Origin: Octopus sinensis
Taxonomy: Eukaryota
Reading direction: 5' to 3'
Assembly (NCBI RefSeq): GCF_006345805.1
Contig: NW_021833635.1
Coordinates: 2,656 to 66,655 of the forward strand
DNA length: 64,000 nt
The notes beneath the pieces were generated by a model. That model had not been told where the DNA came from, did no database searches, and saw nothing but the letters and a program-made list of their open reading frames with translations. Positions 1 to 12,564 of the stretch are shown here, in pieces; positions within the stretch are counted from its first letter, which is position 1, and the number at the start of each line of letters is the position of its first letter. A program made the position numbers and the translations under genes.

Positions 1-1090
1 TTATTTATTGAGCTTTTTCAATATCAACTCCTTACATTTTAGTAAAGAAATAAATATCAACTTCTTACATTTTACACGCGGAGACAAACATTGTTTGGTC
101 TGATGATCTGATTTAAATGAAGTATAATTTGACGGGTGCATCGTTTATCGTTCTGAATATGTACTATCATAGCAGCGATTATCAAATTGGATAAATTGTG
201 GAAATTTTCCTTATGCTGCTGGTGATATTAAAGTCATGGTCACGGACGCGACAGCAATATGATCACGATCGGAAGCACGAGATATGTGAGTTCCTAGTGA
301 AGCAAAAGAAAATGGTGAGTTATAATACCAAATATCTGTGAAGTGTCTGTAATTAAAACTTCTCGACTTTGTCAATATATTACGAAGATATTTAATGTTT
401 CTCTTTGGCCAGACAGTATTATTTCCACCTTCTCTACTGCAGTGATTGAATTCACTGTCTAAGGAGGCATTGATAAGAAATGATCAGTAACCCAAAATGC
501 AAAATTGGCAATCAATATTCATAGTCGCTCTGTTATTTGTTTTCTTTCTTTTTCGAGCCTTGATTTTATTTCTTCTTGTGTTTCATTTTGTGTTCTTCTT
601 AGTTAGTCATAATCTCTCTTCTAAGGGCCTTGCTACTGTTAATTCTTGTATTTCTTGTCACTTTACAGCACTTTGTCTTCCCTCCAGTTCACAACGAGCG
701 TTAACATTTAATGATAATATTTGTCTCCTTTGTGCTGTTCAAAGTCTAATCTTTTCTGTATCGTTGAGAACTTGTTCACCAGTTTCAGTTTTATGCCTTT
801 TTTTCCCCCTTTTGTTTTCGTATATATGACAACCTCGAATAAAATATAACAGGTTTAAGGATTTCTTTTCCCTGAGCTCGTATCTTTCTATCCTTCCTTT
901 TCGGCGCCAATCTCCATAAGTTTCCTTCCAAATCTTTCATGTGTGAGATGGCCGGGAATAAAAGACATAGAAACTGAATTAGAAATGGTAAAGGAAGAAG
1001 GTCGAGTAAAAAAGATAGTAAAACCTTAAAAACTTGATACAAAAACTTACAATGAAAAGAAGAATAATATACATACATACACACATTTTT

Positions 1091-1338
1091 TCGCCCTTTT
1101 TAAAGCCTAGCCAGGCTCATGGACCCGGTTTCCCGGTTTCTATGGCGTATGTGTTCCCCACCTGGACGGGACGCCGGTCCATCGCAGCGTTACTCATTTT
1201 TGCCAGCTGAGTGAACTGGAGCAACGTGAAATGAAGGGTTTTGCTCAAGAACACAACGCATCGCCCGGTCCAGGAATCGAAACAACAATCTTACGATCAT
1301 AATGCTGACACCCTAACCACTAAGCCACGCGCCTCCAC
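1091..1338 (-). mobile_element. tRNA-derived SINE, family D (CORE-like plus V-like central domain)
   Basis: Minus strand has A-box TGGCTTAGTGG and B-box GTTTCGATTCC, then GTTGTGTTCTTGAGCAAAAC and GCTGCGATGGACCGGCGTCCCGTCCAGG. The same 3' part recurs at 56401-56510. Confidence 0.8.
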
Positions 1339-1413
1339 AAACGTTGTATAAACAGCTGTAATAATGATTCGAAAACAGTAGCAACATCAACGAAGGGGGT
1401 ATATATGTGTGTG

Positions 1414-1456
<43 letters not shown>

Positions 1457-1696
1457 ATGTGTGTGTGTGTGTGTGTGCGAGTGTGTATGTATATATATAT
1501 ACATATATATATATATATAGATCAATAAATGGTAGGGTTGTGTTGACCGCACGTGGAGAAATGATAAGCAAGGAAAAATTGTAAAAATGCAGAATGCTAA
1601 ATTGAAAGAAAATTTTAATGAAAATGGGTGTATGGAAAAATTTTTTGAAAAATTGATAAAATATATAAATATATATTAATTCAAACCGGTTTTCGT

Positions 1697-3105
1697 ATAC
1701 GCTCCTGGTATCCTTTGATGTCATTAACCTCTACACCAACATCCCACATGAATGTGGTATTGAGGGAATTGATTTCTGGCTAGAAAAACACCCAGAGCCA
1801 TTCCCTGACCGCATTCACAAGACCTTTATTACGGAATCACTCAAGTTCATTCTAACAAACAATTTTTTCCTCTTCGACAACACACACTACCGTCAAAAAT
1901 GTGGTATTGCGATGGGTACCAAGGCTGCACCAGTCCTTGCGAACCTCATAATGGGTTTATTCGAACTATCACTCTATGAAATATCACGTCAGAAATTTGG
2001 ACATGTTTTCCACACCTACCTAATGGAAAACTGGAAAAGGTATTTGGATGATTGTTTCATTATATGGAAAGAACCTTATGAAAAACTTCTGGAATTCAAA
2101 ACCATACTGAACAACATACATCTCAACATCCAATTCACTATGGAATTAAGCAAACATCATCTCCCTTTCCTTGATCTCCTAATTATAAAAACACCTAAGA
2201 ACCAAATCATAACAGACATTTACCACAAACCTACAGACTCACAACAATACCTCCTCTTTAGTTCATGCCACCCAAAACACACCAAGACAAATATCCCTTT
2301 CAACTTAGCTAAAAGGGTATGCACCATTGTCTCGGATCCCAAAACACGAGAAATACGCCCTCATGACCTCAAAAAAACACTATTACAACGCCAATATCCC
2401 TCCACCCTTATAGAATATGGAATAAAACGCGACAAAGAACTAGACAACATTACACTGAAAACCACCCAACCTAACACCACACACAACCCCAAAATACTTC
2501 CATACATTTCCACCCACAACCCCAAAAATATCGAAGCATACACCACAATCATACAAAACTGTCTACTGTCAACAGACCCAAAAATGAAAGACATTATAAA
2601 TACACACAAAATTCTCAAATGTAAAAGACAACACAAATCTTTAAAAAAACTCTTGACAAATGCCAAACTTCACACACCACATCCACCCCCAGCAGTTAAA
2701 AAATGTGCACGCCCAAACTGTGGAACCTGCCCCTTCCTACTTGAAGGCTCTGAATTTATCTTCAAACAAGGAACGAAGTTTAAAATCAAGACTAACTTCT
2801 CCTGTTCCTCCGAGAACCTTATCTACGTTCTCACATGCGCTGGTTGCCAACATAATTATGTTGGACAAACGAGTCTCCCGTTACGTAAACGAGTAGCGGT
2901 GCATAAAGAACAAATAAATCTCCCGGAATACCGACAAATTCCACTGGGTGACCACATAGACTCATGCGCTAAAGACATAAATCCCAAATCTACATATTCC
3001 CCTTCTACCAATGTAAAGACGGGATCACACACAGGAGAGAATTAACAAGGAGAATCTTTTATTGAAAAATTCAAAACGCAACTTAATATGCAAACTCCTC
3101 GTTGA
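1697..3105 (+). pseudogene. Penelope-like RT + GIY-YIG endonuclease, N-truncated, frameshift near 2990
   Basis: Motifs LLVSFDVINLYTNIP, GIAMGTKAAPVLANL, RYLDDCF, LPFLDL, YHKPTDSQQYL, Cys linker CARPNCGTC, NLIYVLTCAGCQHNYVGQT...RVAVH. The shifted frame ends ESFIEKFKTQLN. Confidence 0.93.
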
Positions 3106-3754
3106 TCATACTTCCTTTTTCTACCTCATTCTTCCTGGATGGACTAACACAAATATATAAGGATACCATGCATTCATCACTTCAAGCTAAAACTTATATT
3201 CTTTAAATATCATTATTATTATTACTATCATTTTTATTATATATGACATAACAATCTGAAATGTAATTATAAATTGGTTTATGCAAATTTATATAATTAG
3301 AAAATAATATAAATAAAGTGTTAAAATCTGAATGTTAAGTTAGCAAACAATTATATAAAAAAGATAATGCAAATGAAGCTAAAATGATAATAAGGTTTAT
3401 TAACACCCTTTATCACAAAAAATTGATAAACACAAATTGAAGAGCTCAAAACCCATAGAGTTGTCTCCTCTTATTCACAACACAGGAACTGAAGAACTAC
3501 AATTACTACTACTTCCTGTTTTGCCAACACCCTTAATTAAACTAAACAACACATGACTTTAATCCCATTGGATCTTAATACTTCAAGGTAATTTTTTCGT
3601 GAACAATCATTAAACTCAAGATACACAAAGACTTCACAATGTATCGGAGTACTTATTTTTTAATTTTTGTACATATTTATTATTATTTTTTTGCAAACAA
3701 CAATGTAATTTTCTTTTTTCCCCTCTCTCACTTTAAAAAAAAAATTTCCTTTAC

Positions 3755-3796
3755 AATTCTTGAAAAGTCACATTATGACGAAAACCGGTTTGAATT
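3755..3796 (+). ncRNA. Minimal type I hammerhead ribozyme, U3-A8 core variant
   Basis: AATTC-TTGAAAA-GTCA catta TGAC-GAAA-ACCGGT-TT-GAATT: 5-bp stem I, 4-bp stem II, palindromic helix III AACCGGTT; predicted cleavage after 3791. Confidence 0.7.
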
Positions 3797-4279
3797 AATA
3801 TATATTTATATATTTTATCAATTTTTCAAAAACTTTTTCCATACACCCATTTTCATTAAAATTTTCTTTCAATTTAGCATTCTGCATTTTTAAAAATGCA
3901 GATTGCTATATATATATATAAGAAAATGAAAAGAACCCTTTACAACAAGGAACCCCACAACAACAACAACAAAAAACAGGAAGTAGAATTATATGTTGTT
4001 TATTAATCAATATAAAAGAACAAAAACTTCTACTTAGCAACTTCTAATTATAATATTTATATAAAATCTTGACGTAAGGAGTAAAGAAGAAAATGAATCA
4101 GATCTCACTTGTACGTCATAAAGAGTGTAAAATCTAGCCTGTAAGATTTGTCTTTGAAAAAGATTTTTAAAAATGTGAAAGCAAAGAGTAACACTTTTTA
4201 AAAATATATTAGTCAAAATAAAAACAAAGTCTGTCTATTTACGAACAGTTAGTCATAACATGAGCAGGAAATAATAGCC

Positions 4280-4440
4280 TCAAATTGTGGTACAAGGTCG
4301 GCAATCTGGATTAGATTGACCTCAGTGCTCAAGTAATGCTTTGTTTTATTGTCCTCGAAAAGATAAAAGGTGAAGTCGACCTTGCTGAAATCTGAACTCA
4401 GAACGTAAAGCCGGAAGAAATGCCGCTCACTATGTTGTCC
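4280..4440 (-). mobile_element. SINE family B, degenerate copy
   Basis: Diverged reverse complement of GTTCTGAGTTCAAATT...GTCGACTT..CCTTT..TC body. Confidence 0.6.
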
Positions 4441-4485
4441 TGTGTGCTATATATATATATATATATTGAGTTGGTGCATAATTAT

Positions 4486-4896
4486 TACTCTTTCACTCTT
4501 TTATTTCTTTCAGTCATGTGATTGTGGCCATGCTGGAGCACCTCCTTTAGTCGAGCAAATCGATCCCAGGACTTATTCTTTGTAAGCCTAGTACTTATAC
4601 TATCGGTCTCTTTTGCCGAACCGCTTAGTTACGGGGACATAAACACACCAGCATCGGTTGTCAAGCAATGCTGGGGGGGGGGGGCAAACACAGACACACA
4701 AGCATACACACACACATATATATATACATGCGCATATACGACTGGGTTCTTTCAGTTTCCGTCTACCAAATCCACTGACAAGGCTTTGGTCGACCCGAGG
4801 CTATAGTAGAAGACATTTGCCCAAGGTGCCTCGCAGTGCGACTGAAGCCGGAACCATGTGGTTGGTTAGCTAGCTACTTACCACACAGCCACTCAT
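4486..4896 (-). mobile_element. SINE family A (tRNA head + CORE-like + internal (TA)/(TG)n + AAGAGT tail; octopus OK/OR-type)
   Basis: Head GAGTGGCTGTGTGGTAAGTAGC..., CCTTGGGCAAATGTC, tail CCAGCATGGCCACAATC..TGACTGAAA. More than 20 copies in the window. Confidence 0.88.
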
Positions 4897-5159
4897 ACGA
4901 CTATGCGGCTTTTTTTTTCAACAAATTTTATTCAACAAAAGCAATAGCAACATGTAACAAAAACATCTTTAAATGATTATTCCGGAGTATATTCATCATC
5001 TACTTCAATTACTGCTTCCCATTTGCTTGGCAGACGGTCAGATGTCATTTGAAGATGTGTTTGTTAAATATTGTTATTGTTTTTGCTGAATAAAATTTGT
5101 TGAAAAAAAAGCCGCAATAATTTGCACCAACCCAATATTTTCAGACACACGTATAATAT

Positions 5160-5612
<453 letters not shown>

Positions 5613-5976
5613 TTATATATGATTACTAATCCATAAATAAGTGAGTGTATATACTTGTTTCTGACAATATCGGTACAATTATAATAACTAACAACAATTG
5701 TATGTACGACAAGTTATATACAGCGTTGCTGAAAAAATCAGAAGATGTTTTTTGAACCGATATATCCAGTTTAGTTTATTCACATATATAATTTATAATT
5801 CTTATTTTTGAACGCCTGACTGAATTTACGTGGGCTGCGATCATACAATGCAGTGTTAATAAGATTTTTTCGCATCTTTTGTTGTGTAGTTGTTCATTGA
5901 CCTTTAAGTTCGGTTATGGCATTCGTTTCTGTTGAAGTATTCTTTTCAAGGGCAGTTAATGCATTAAAGTCAGCAA

Positions 5977-6039
5977 GGCGGCGAGCTGGCAGAAACGTTA
6001 GCACGCCGGGCGAATTGCTTAGCGGTATTTCGTCTGCCG
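5977..6039 (+). mobile_element. SINE family B head, interrupted by Tx1 insertion
   Basis: GGCGGCGAGCTGGCAGAAACGTTAGCACGCCGGGCGAATTGCTTAGCGGTATTTCGTCTGCCG; the SINE resumes at 11397. Confidence 0.9.
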
Positions 6040-6176
6040 CACATGTGTTCGTGAAGTAAGAATTGCTGTTTCGTGGTGTTAATATTGTTAACAACTGTTG
6101 TTTCTTGTTAAACTGTTGAATAACTTAACTGTTGGAGTTTTCAATTGAAAACACTTAGTGCTTGTGGTAGCACGCG

Positions 6177-7726
6177 TTGTTCATTCCCCCTTTGGGGGGA
6201 AGAATGTCGTCTAGCATGGAGCCTACCGTTGAGCAGAGAAATACTTGTTTTCCTGTTGAGAGGAGGAAATACATGTCCGGCGAGGAGCCAACTACAGACA
6301 AGGAAATAGGGGTTTCCCCCGCTACAAGAAGGAATAGCAGAGAGGATAATATATTTGATATTTTTGGAGATGTGTCTGAGAGCTCGTCAGAACTTTCACC
6401 AGAAGAGTTTCCGACTTTGCCAGAGAACAAAGGCATTGTGTCGAAGAGAATAATTGATGTGCCTAGCATCCAGATAGAACCAAAAAATGGGAAAAAAAGT
6501 TTTGCGTTGGCTGCTGGGGGTGGAACCAGATACTGTCGACGAATAAAGCGAAATTATGAAATACACAGCAAAATGATGGAAATAAATGACAACAGTGTGA
6601 AAATTGAACCTCCGCAAAAGTTATTACAGGAAGAAAAGAAAAGCAAAAAACATAATTTTCAAAACATATTGTCTACAAAATAGAAAAATTGAAAGAATGT
6701 CAGAGAGAGAAAATAGAAAAGTGCTTAAAGCCAATATTGGGCGACGTAGTATTTCTGAGAAGAGGAAAAAATTCGGAACGGTGGAAGTAAGGTTCACCAA
6801 TAAAGAAATAGCACACAAGAACTCAGTGGAAACGTTGAAAACGAACGACGTGGAGTTAATACCCTATATTGGGGATGACGTCGCGAATAAAAATTACAAG
6901 GGTCCCGCCAGTCGTCGAACCTATGTGGTTGTTGGCGGCAGTCCTAATCAAAGAGGTAGAAAAAAATTACTCTCCTCCAGGCTACCGCTACGGAAAACCC
7001 ACGCTGGGATGGTCAAACAAATCTTCTCATTCAAGCGGACCCTAAAATAATTCAAACAATTCCTGAGACAATTGAGGTAGGGGAGGAGAACCTCGTGGTG
7101 TTTGTTGAGGGCCGAAAACCTCGATGTTTTTTATGTGGTCAATTAGGCCACATTCGAAGGAACTGCAGGAAAATGAAGAAGAGGAGGAAGAGGAGAAAAA
7201 AGACAAAGAGGAAGAAGATAAAGAAGAAACAGATGAGAAAAAAACAAACAAACAAGAAAAAATACAACCAGCAACCCAGCCGAGAGCGGCGACTACTACA
7301 GAACAACGACAAAAAAGACTGCCGAAGAGAAAAAGAAGAAAAGGCATAATAGCCGTATACACTAAAGATACTGAGCTCATGAGAGACATTCAACTCATAA
7401 AGACACTAAAAAAAATTGATAACCTTTCAGAGGAATTTATCAATTACGACATATATGAAGTCTCAAATAAGACTTATAGAATTCTACAAAATAAGTACAG
7501 AAAGACTGTATCTTCATTGAGATTAGATTTTAACAAGTCGATATTTCATGGATTACCAGCTCCGATCCCGCGAGAAAAGGAAAAGGTGGAGATTCCCCCT
7601 CCACCTGATAATTCTGTGTCGGTGGTGAGACGGGATTTTGACAAATCTATTTCCCAAGACCGTCCACCTCCGACCCTGGATAAAAAAAAGGTGGAGGGTC
7701 CCCCTCCACCGGACAATCCTAATTAA
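6177..7726 (+). pseudogene. Tx1 ORF1 (gag-like, CCHC zinc knuckle), frameshifted
   Basis: Overlapping ORF pieces 6177-6683, 6604-7050, 7095-7349 (CFLCGQLGHIRRNC) and 7124-7726 (E/K-rich, two KVE.PPPPDN repeats). Confidence 0.8.
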
Positions 7727-7737
7727 ACAGGTAAGTG

Positions 7738-10700
7738 ATGGCTATTCACATTGGTTGTTTAAATGTTCATGGCCTGTTGTCAAGCTGGAAGCAAGGACGC
7801 TTCTGAATGACATCAGGTCGAGAAATTTGGATGTAATTGTTGCAACGGAAACCCGGGTGAAGGGGCCAAGAGATCTGCTCCCCCTCCTGAACGGCTACGA
7901 GAAATACGTTTCTCCGAGTCGGGCGGGAGGTGGGGGTGGGGTGTTGGTCCTACTAAAAAGAAACGGGTAGCCGAGAAAAAGTTGGTTTTTTCTGACCCAG
8001 AAGGCAGGCTGGTCGTTCTCGACTTGACATTCAGTTGTGGCAAGACAATCAGGCTGGTCGCTATTTATGCACCAAACATTATTGGCCCGCAAACTGAATA
8101 TTTTCGTGGCCTAGGAAAGTTCCTAGCCACGTCGCATTCACTAGTAGTGTTAGGAGACTCTAATACAATATGTGCAGCACACACAGATTGTGTTGGCTCA
8201 AACTCGAACATGAACAGAAAATGTAACACAGGCTTTCGGGATCTGCTAAGTCAATTTCAGCTAGCAGATCCATATAGGTTGGAGCACCCGAACACTCCAC
8301 AGTGGACGTGGTCAAATAGTGACGGGTCTACCAGAACATATCTAGATAGGATTTTAATTAGAGAAAAAGATAAGTCCATAGTTGAGTGTCCACAGTTTTT
8401 TCTAGTCAGCTACAGTGACCACAAGATGGTTACCTGTAAACTGACGGTAGATAAGTTGCATAGACAGGGATCTGGCTACTGGAAACTCAATACGTCCCTT
8501 TGGCGATTGAGGAGTACAGAAAGCGGATCAAGATGTTAATACAGAGGGCATTAACAGGTACCATCATTAAAACAAATGGTGGTACGCCCTAAAAAGAGCC
8601 ATCAAATATGAGTCTATTAGGTTTAGCATAAGTTTAGCTAAGAAGGACGTAAAATAGGAGATGGTCTAGTTAAGGAACTAGAAGAAGCCTGGAGGACTGG
8701 TAATACAGACCAAGCGAGGGTGAAAAGACTGGAGTTAAACCAGCATCTTGAAGCCCACCACATGGGAAGTATTACCAGAGCTAAGTTACGTGCAATGGGA
8801 AGTGAAGGAATCAAAGCCGCTGGATGGGCCCGAGTGGTGGAAGCTCGGCAAGGAAATAGTTCTTCTATTCGGTCTTTGACGAATCAAAAGGTGTCTTGAT
8901 AAACGAACCCGAGAAAATGTGTGAGGTCTTTCGGGAGTACTTCGCCCAGCTGTTCGGGGGTGACGGCGGTCCTGGTGGTGGGAGAGCCCTCGAGGACTTT
9001 CTTACGGGCGCCGGTGCCTCTCGGGGTCGGATGCGGAGTCTTGCGAAGGGCCAATCACACTTGAGGAGGTGATGGAGGCTTTGGCCGATTGTAAAGCGGG
9101 TAAGTCACCGGGACTTGATGGTCTTCCGTACGAGCTGTATAAATGTATGCCAGACTTGTTCGGGCAACTACTGACTGACGTGTACGCGAACTGGAAACAG
9201 AATGGGTTTATCCCCAGATCTGTGCGCGCCGGGGAGTAGTGACGTTGGTCAGAAAGGACCCGGACAAGGGGGACGTTCTAGAGAATTTCAGGCCCATCAC
9301 TCTGTTAAACGCAGAAGTGAAGATTTTGGCCAAGGTTCTAGCAAAAAGGTTGGCGCGTGTCGCGAATGGTATAGTCGGGGAGGCACAGACATGTGCCATC
9401 CCAGGCAGAACCATTCAGGATACCCTCCATCTTATTCGCTATACCATAGAGAGGTTTGGTAATAAATCTGGCAAAGGTGGGGCATTGGTGCATTTGGACC
9501 AGTCTAAAGCTTTTGATAGGGTTGACCATCGATACCTAGCGACTGTACTTGCGCGGTTTGGCCTGGGCCTTGGCTTCCTCAGGTGGTTTATCGCTTTGTA
9601 CCACAACATTGACTCGATAGTTCGGGTGAACGGTTTCCTTTCGAAGCCGTTCTGCATCAGACGCTCGGTTCGTCAAGGATGTCCGCTTTCACCACTTTTG
9701 TATGTGATGGCTCTCGAGCCATTACTGCAAAGGTTGAGTGGCATCCCGAGAGAACCAGGACTAGAGGAGTTTGTTACGGCTTTCGCGGATGATATCACTA
9801 TCAGTGTAACCACATTGGTACGCCTACGTGAAGTAGGTAAGACTATTGAGGCTTACGAGGAGGTAGCAGGAGCAAAGATTAACCGGGAAAAGTCGGTCGG
9901 CTTGCAGCTCGGCACCTGGGTTGGCAAGTCGATGCCTTCAGACAGTGTTGTTAGGCGCTGGACGAGGGACCGGTTAAGGACCGGTTAAGTGCTGGGAGTC
10001 TGGTTTGGACCAGGCCTCCAGTTAGAGAAGAACTGGACGGAGGTATTGAGCAGGGTGGCTGCAGTAGTCAAGACTTGGTCTTGGCGGTGGCTATCCCTGA
10101 AAGGGAGGGCGGAAGTGGCCAATGTGTTTATCGCATCGGTCATTACCTACCGCCTGACTGTCGTGCCCTGTCCGGATCGGTGGTTGATCAGGTTGGAGAG
10201 ACAGCTCTTTCGCTTTTTGTGGAAGGGCAGGTCGCCACTTGTGTGAAACGCTCTGTCTGCTGTCAAAAGCCTTTAAATGGAGGTTTAGGGATGCCTTGGT
10301 TAATGATGCGCAGACATGCGTTGAGGTTGAGGCACCTCTGGATTCTCCTGGATAGTGAACGGGTGTGGTCTCCGCTGGCCAGACAAATGTTCCCTGAGTT
10401 CAAGAGTTTTTGCGAACAGGAAGCCTGGTGTTCTCGTAGACCGAGGTCGAGTGAGTGGCATAAAGAGTGCCGTAAGGCCCTCTTGCTGTTCCGGCGCTCG
10501 GGCAACGCCAGCGGTGGGGGTTCCACACGGATTTTTATAGGGTGGTTTGGTAGAGTCTGAATGCGACGATGGCCTGGGGTCGACTCTAGGTCTCGGATTT
10601 ATTCAACTGGACAGCTTGTTTCATCGTACATTCGGTTGAGAACGGTTGAGAACGTTGGACAACTTCCAAAAGTCCTTAACCTGGCAATGCTACAGAGGTG

Positions 10701-11160
10701 CCTTGCCCGTTTGGGATAAGCTCGCAAGACATGGTAAACGTCAGTCGCCGACCTGTCCAAGATGCGGGGGGACAGGGAAACCGTCCCTCACGCTATTGTT
10801 CAGTGTCGGAGATAACTGAAATGTGGGCTTATGCTGAACATCTGTTGTCCGGCGAAGGAAGAGTACGGCTGTCGACTGAGTCAATTATAAAAATTGACCC
10901 ACCGGGAGTTCTAACGAACGAAGGTAAGAATTGTTTTCTCACGGTTGTAGCAATAGCAAAAGAGGCTGTATGGAATACTAGGATAAAAGGAATTAAGACA
11001 GGCACTTTATCTCTGGTGACAATTTACGATCCTGTTTTCTTTTCATTTGAAAAGGAAACTGTGGCTGGAGAAGAGGTGTCTGTCAGAGTGTACGTTCCAA
11101 AAGAGATGGAAGTATGTTGCACGAGTGTTGTGCGTGCAAGGAACCGTGTGAATAGACGAG
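7738..11160 (+). pseudogene. Tx1 ORF2 (AP endonuclease + reverse transcriptase + C-terminal Cys motif), multiple frameshifts
   Basis: MAIHIGCLNVHGL, ATETRV, LGDSN, YLDRIL, SDHKMV, GKSPGLDGLPYE, FRPITLLN, LDQSKAFDRV, RQGCPLSPLLY, AFADDI, CPRCG. Confidence 0.93.
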
Positions 11161-11396
11161 GAAAAAAAAAAAAGGAAAAATAAAAAGGTATCAGCGGTAG
11201 ATCGGGGCTTGTGGGATCGGAGCGTAACTTGATCATCGCTTCATTTGTATTGTTTTGTACTGTGTATTCCATTCGATTTTTTATTATTGTATTTTATTTT
11301 TGATGTCACATTTATGTAAAATCATATCGATTCACTGATCCCATCAGTTGTACTGTCCATATCTATGTTTGGCCCCCGGTGGGCAATAAAGAAATT

Positions 11397-12151
11397 GGTA
11401 TTTCGTCTGCCGTTTACGTTCTGAGTTCAAATTCCGCCGAGGTCAACTTTGCCTTTCATCCTTTCGAGGTCGATAAATTGAGTACCAGTTGCGTACTGGG
11501 GTCGATCTAATCGACTTATTCCCTTTGTCTGTTCTTGTTTGTCCTCTCTATGTTTAACCCCTTGCGGGCAATAAAGAAATAAGAAACGTTAGCACGCCGG
11601 GCGAAATGCTTAGCGGTATCTCGTCTGTCTTTCCGTTCTGAGGTCGACTTTGCCTTCCATCCTTTTGAGATCGATGAATTAAGTACCAGTTATGCACTGG
11701 GGTCGCTGTAATCGACTTAATCCCTTTGTTTGTCCTTGTTTGTCCCCTCTGTGTTTAGCCCCTTGTGGGCAATAAAGAAATAAGAAACGTTAGCATGCCG
11801 GGCGAAATGCTTAGTGGTATTTCGTCTGTCTTTTCGTTCTGAGTTCAAATTCCACCGCGGTCAACTTTGCCTTTCATCCTTTCGGGGTCGATTAAATAAG
11901 TACCAGTTACGCACTGGGGTCGATATAATCGACTTAATCCGTTTGTCTGTCCTTGTTTCTTCCCTCTGTGTTTAGCCTCTTGTGAGTAGTAAAGAAATAG
12001 GTATTTCGTCTGTCTTTTCCGTCTGAGTTCGACTTTGCTTTCATCATTTCAAGGTCGATAAATTAAGTACCAGTTACGTACAGGGGTCGATCTAATCGAC
12101 TGACCGCCTCCCCCAAAATTTCTGGGCCTTGTGCTTAGAGTAGAAAAGAAT
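11397..12151 (+). mobile_element. Tandem array of four SINE family B units
   Basis: Units 11397-11581, 11582-11782 and 11783-11999 carry the Tx1-like tail ...GGGCAATAAAGAAATA; unit 12000-12151 has the alternative CCCCAAAATTTCTGGGCCTTGTG tail. Central GCCTTTCATCCTTTCGGGGTCGATAAATTAAGTACCAG resembles the Nin/Deu domain. Confidence 0.9.
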
Positions 12152-12334
12152 GCCTTGAAGCCAGTTTTGGAGTCGCTTAATTTGACATTCCTAAACGTAA
12201 TATTTATGTCCAGCTTAACATGGATGTCTTGTTAGAACACCGAATTCTGCGTTATTAGCCTCCAGAGATCCTCTCAGTTAGGCGCTTGGTGCATGATCTA
12301 TATTGGACGTGATATTATTAAAGTTTGAAAAGAA

Positions 12335-12545
12335 GCGGTGAGCTGGCAGAATTGTTAGCACGCCGGGCGAAATGTTTATCGGTATCTCAACTGTTGCTAA
12401 GTTTTGAGTTCAAATTCTGCCAAGGTCGACTTTGCTTTTCATCCTTGATAAAATAAGTACCAGTTGAAAATTAGGGTCGATGTAATAGATTAATCCCCAT
12501 CTACCCCAAGCTGCCCTTGTGGAAAAAATTTGAAATAATTATTAA
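12335..12545 (+). mobile_element. SINE family B copy (alternative tail)
   Basis: Head GAGCTGGCAGAATTGTTAGCACGCCGGGCG plus body. Confidence 0.8.
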
Positions 12546-12564
12546 AGTTTGAAATGAAAGGAAT

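Larger units (their letters stand above)
1521..3908 (+). mobile_element. Penelope-like retroelement (Neptune-type), 5'-truncated, with inverted pseudo-LTR at its 5' end
   Basis: RT and GIY-YIG coding at 1697-3105. 1583-1696 is the reverse complement of 3778-3891 (one mismatch seen). A hammerhead motif lies in the 3' pseudo-LTR. Confidence 0.92.
6040..11396 (+). mobile_element. Tx1-clade (L1 group) non-LTR retrotransposon, full length, decayed, 16-bp TSD
   Basis: TSD GGTATTTCGTCTGCCG at 6024-6039 and 11397-11412; ORF1 with CCHC knuckle; ORF2 with APE and RT; 3' end GTGGGCAATAAAGAAATT. Confidence 0.93.

Noticed and set aside
213-320. Possible exon MLLVILK...KHEICEFLVKQKKM ending at GTGAGT
   Set aside because: Faint ankyrin-like resemblance only; upstream in-frame stop, weak acceptor, no supporting exons.
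497-829. 110-aa hydrophobic ORF
   Set aside because: T-rich low-complexity sequence with no motif; the opposite strand has stops in all frames examined.
11397-12151. CRISPR-like regularly repeated sequence
   Set aside because: Units are about 200-bp SINE bodies with no unique spacers, no cas genes, and a eukaryotic context.
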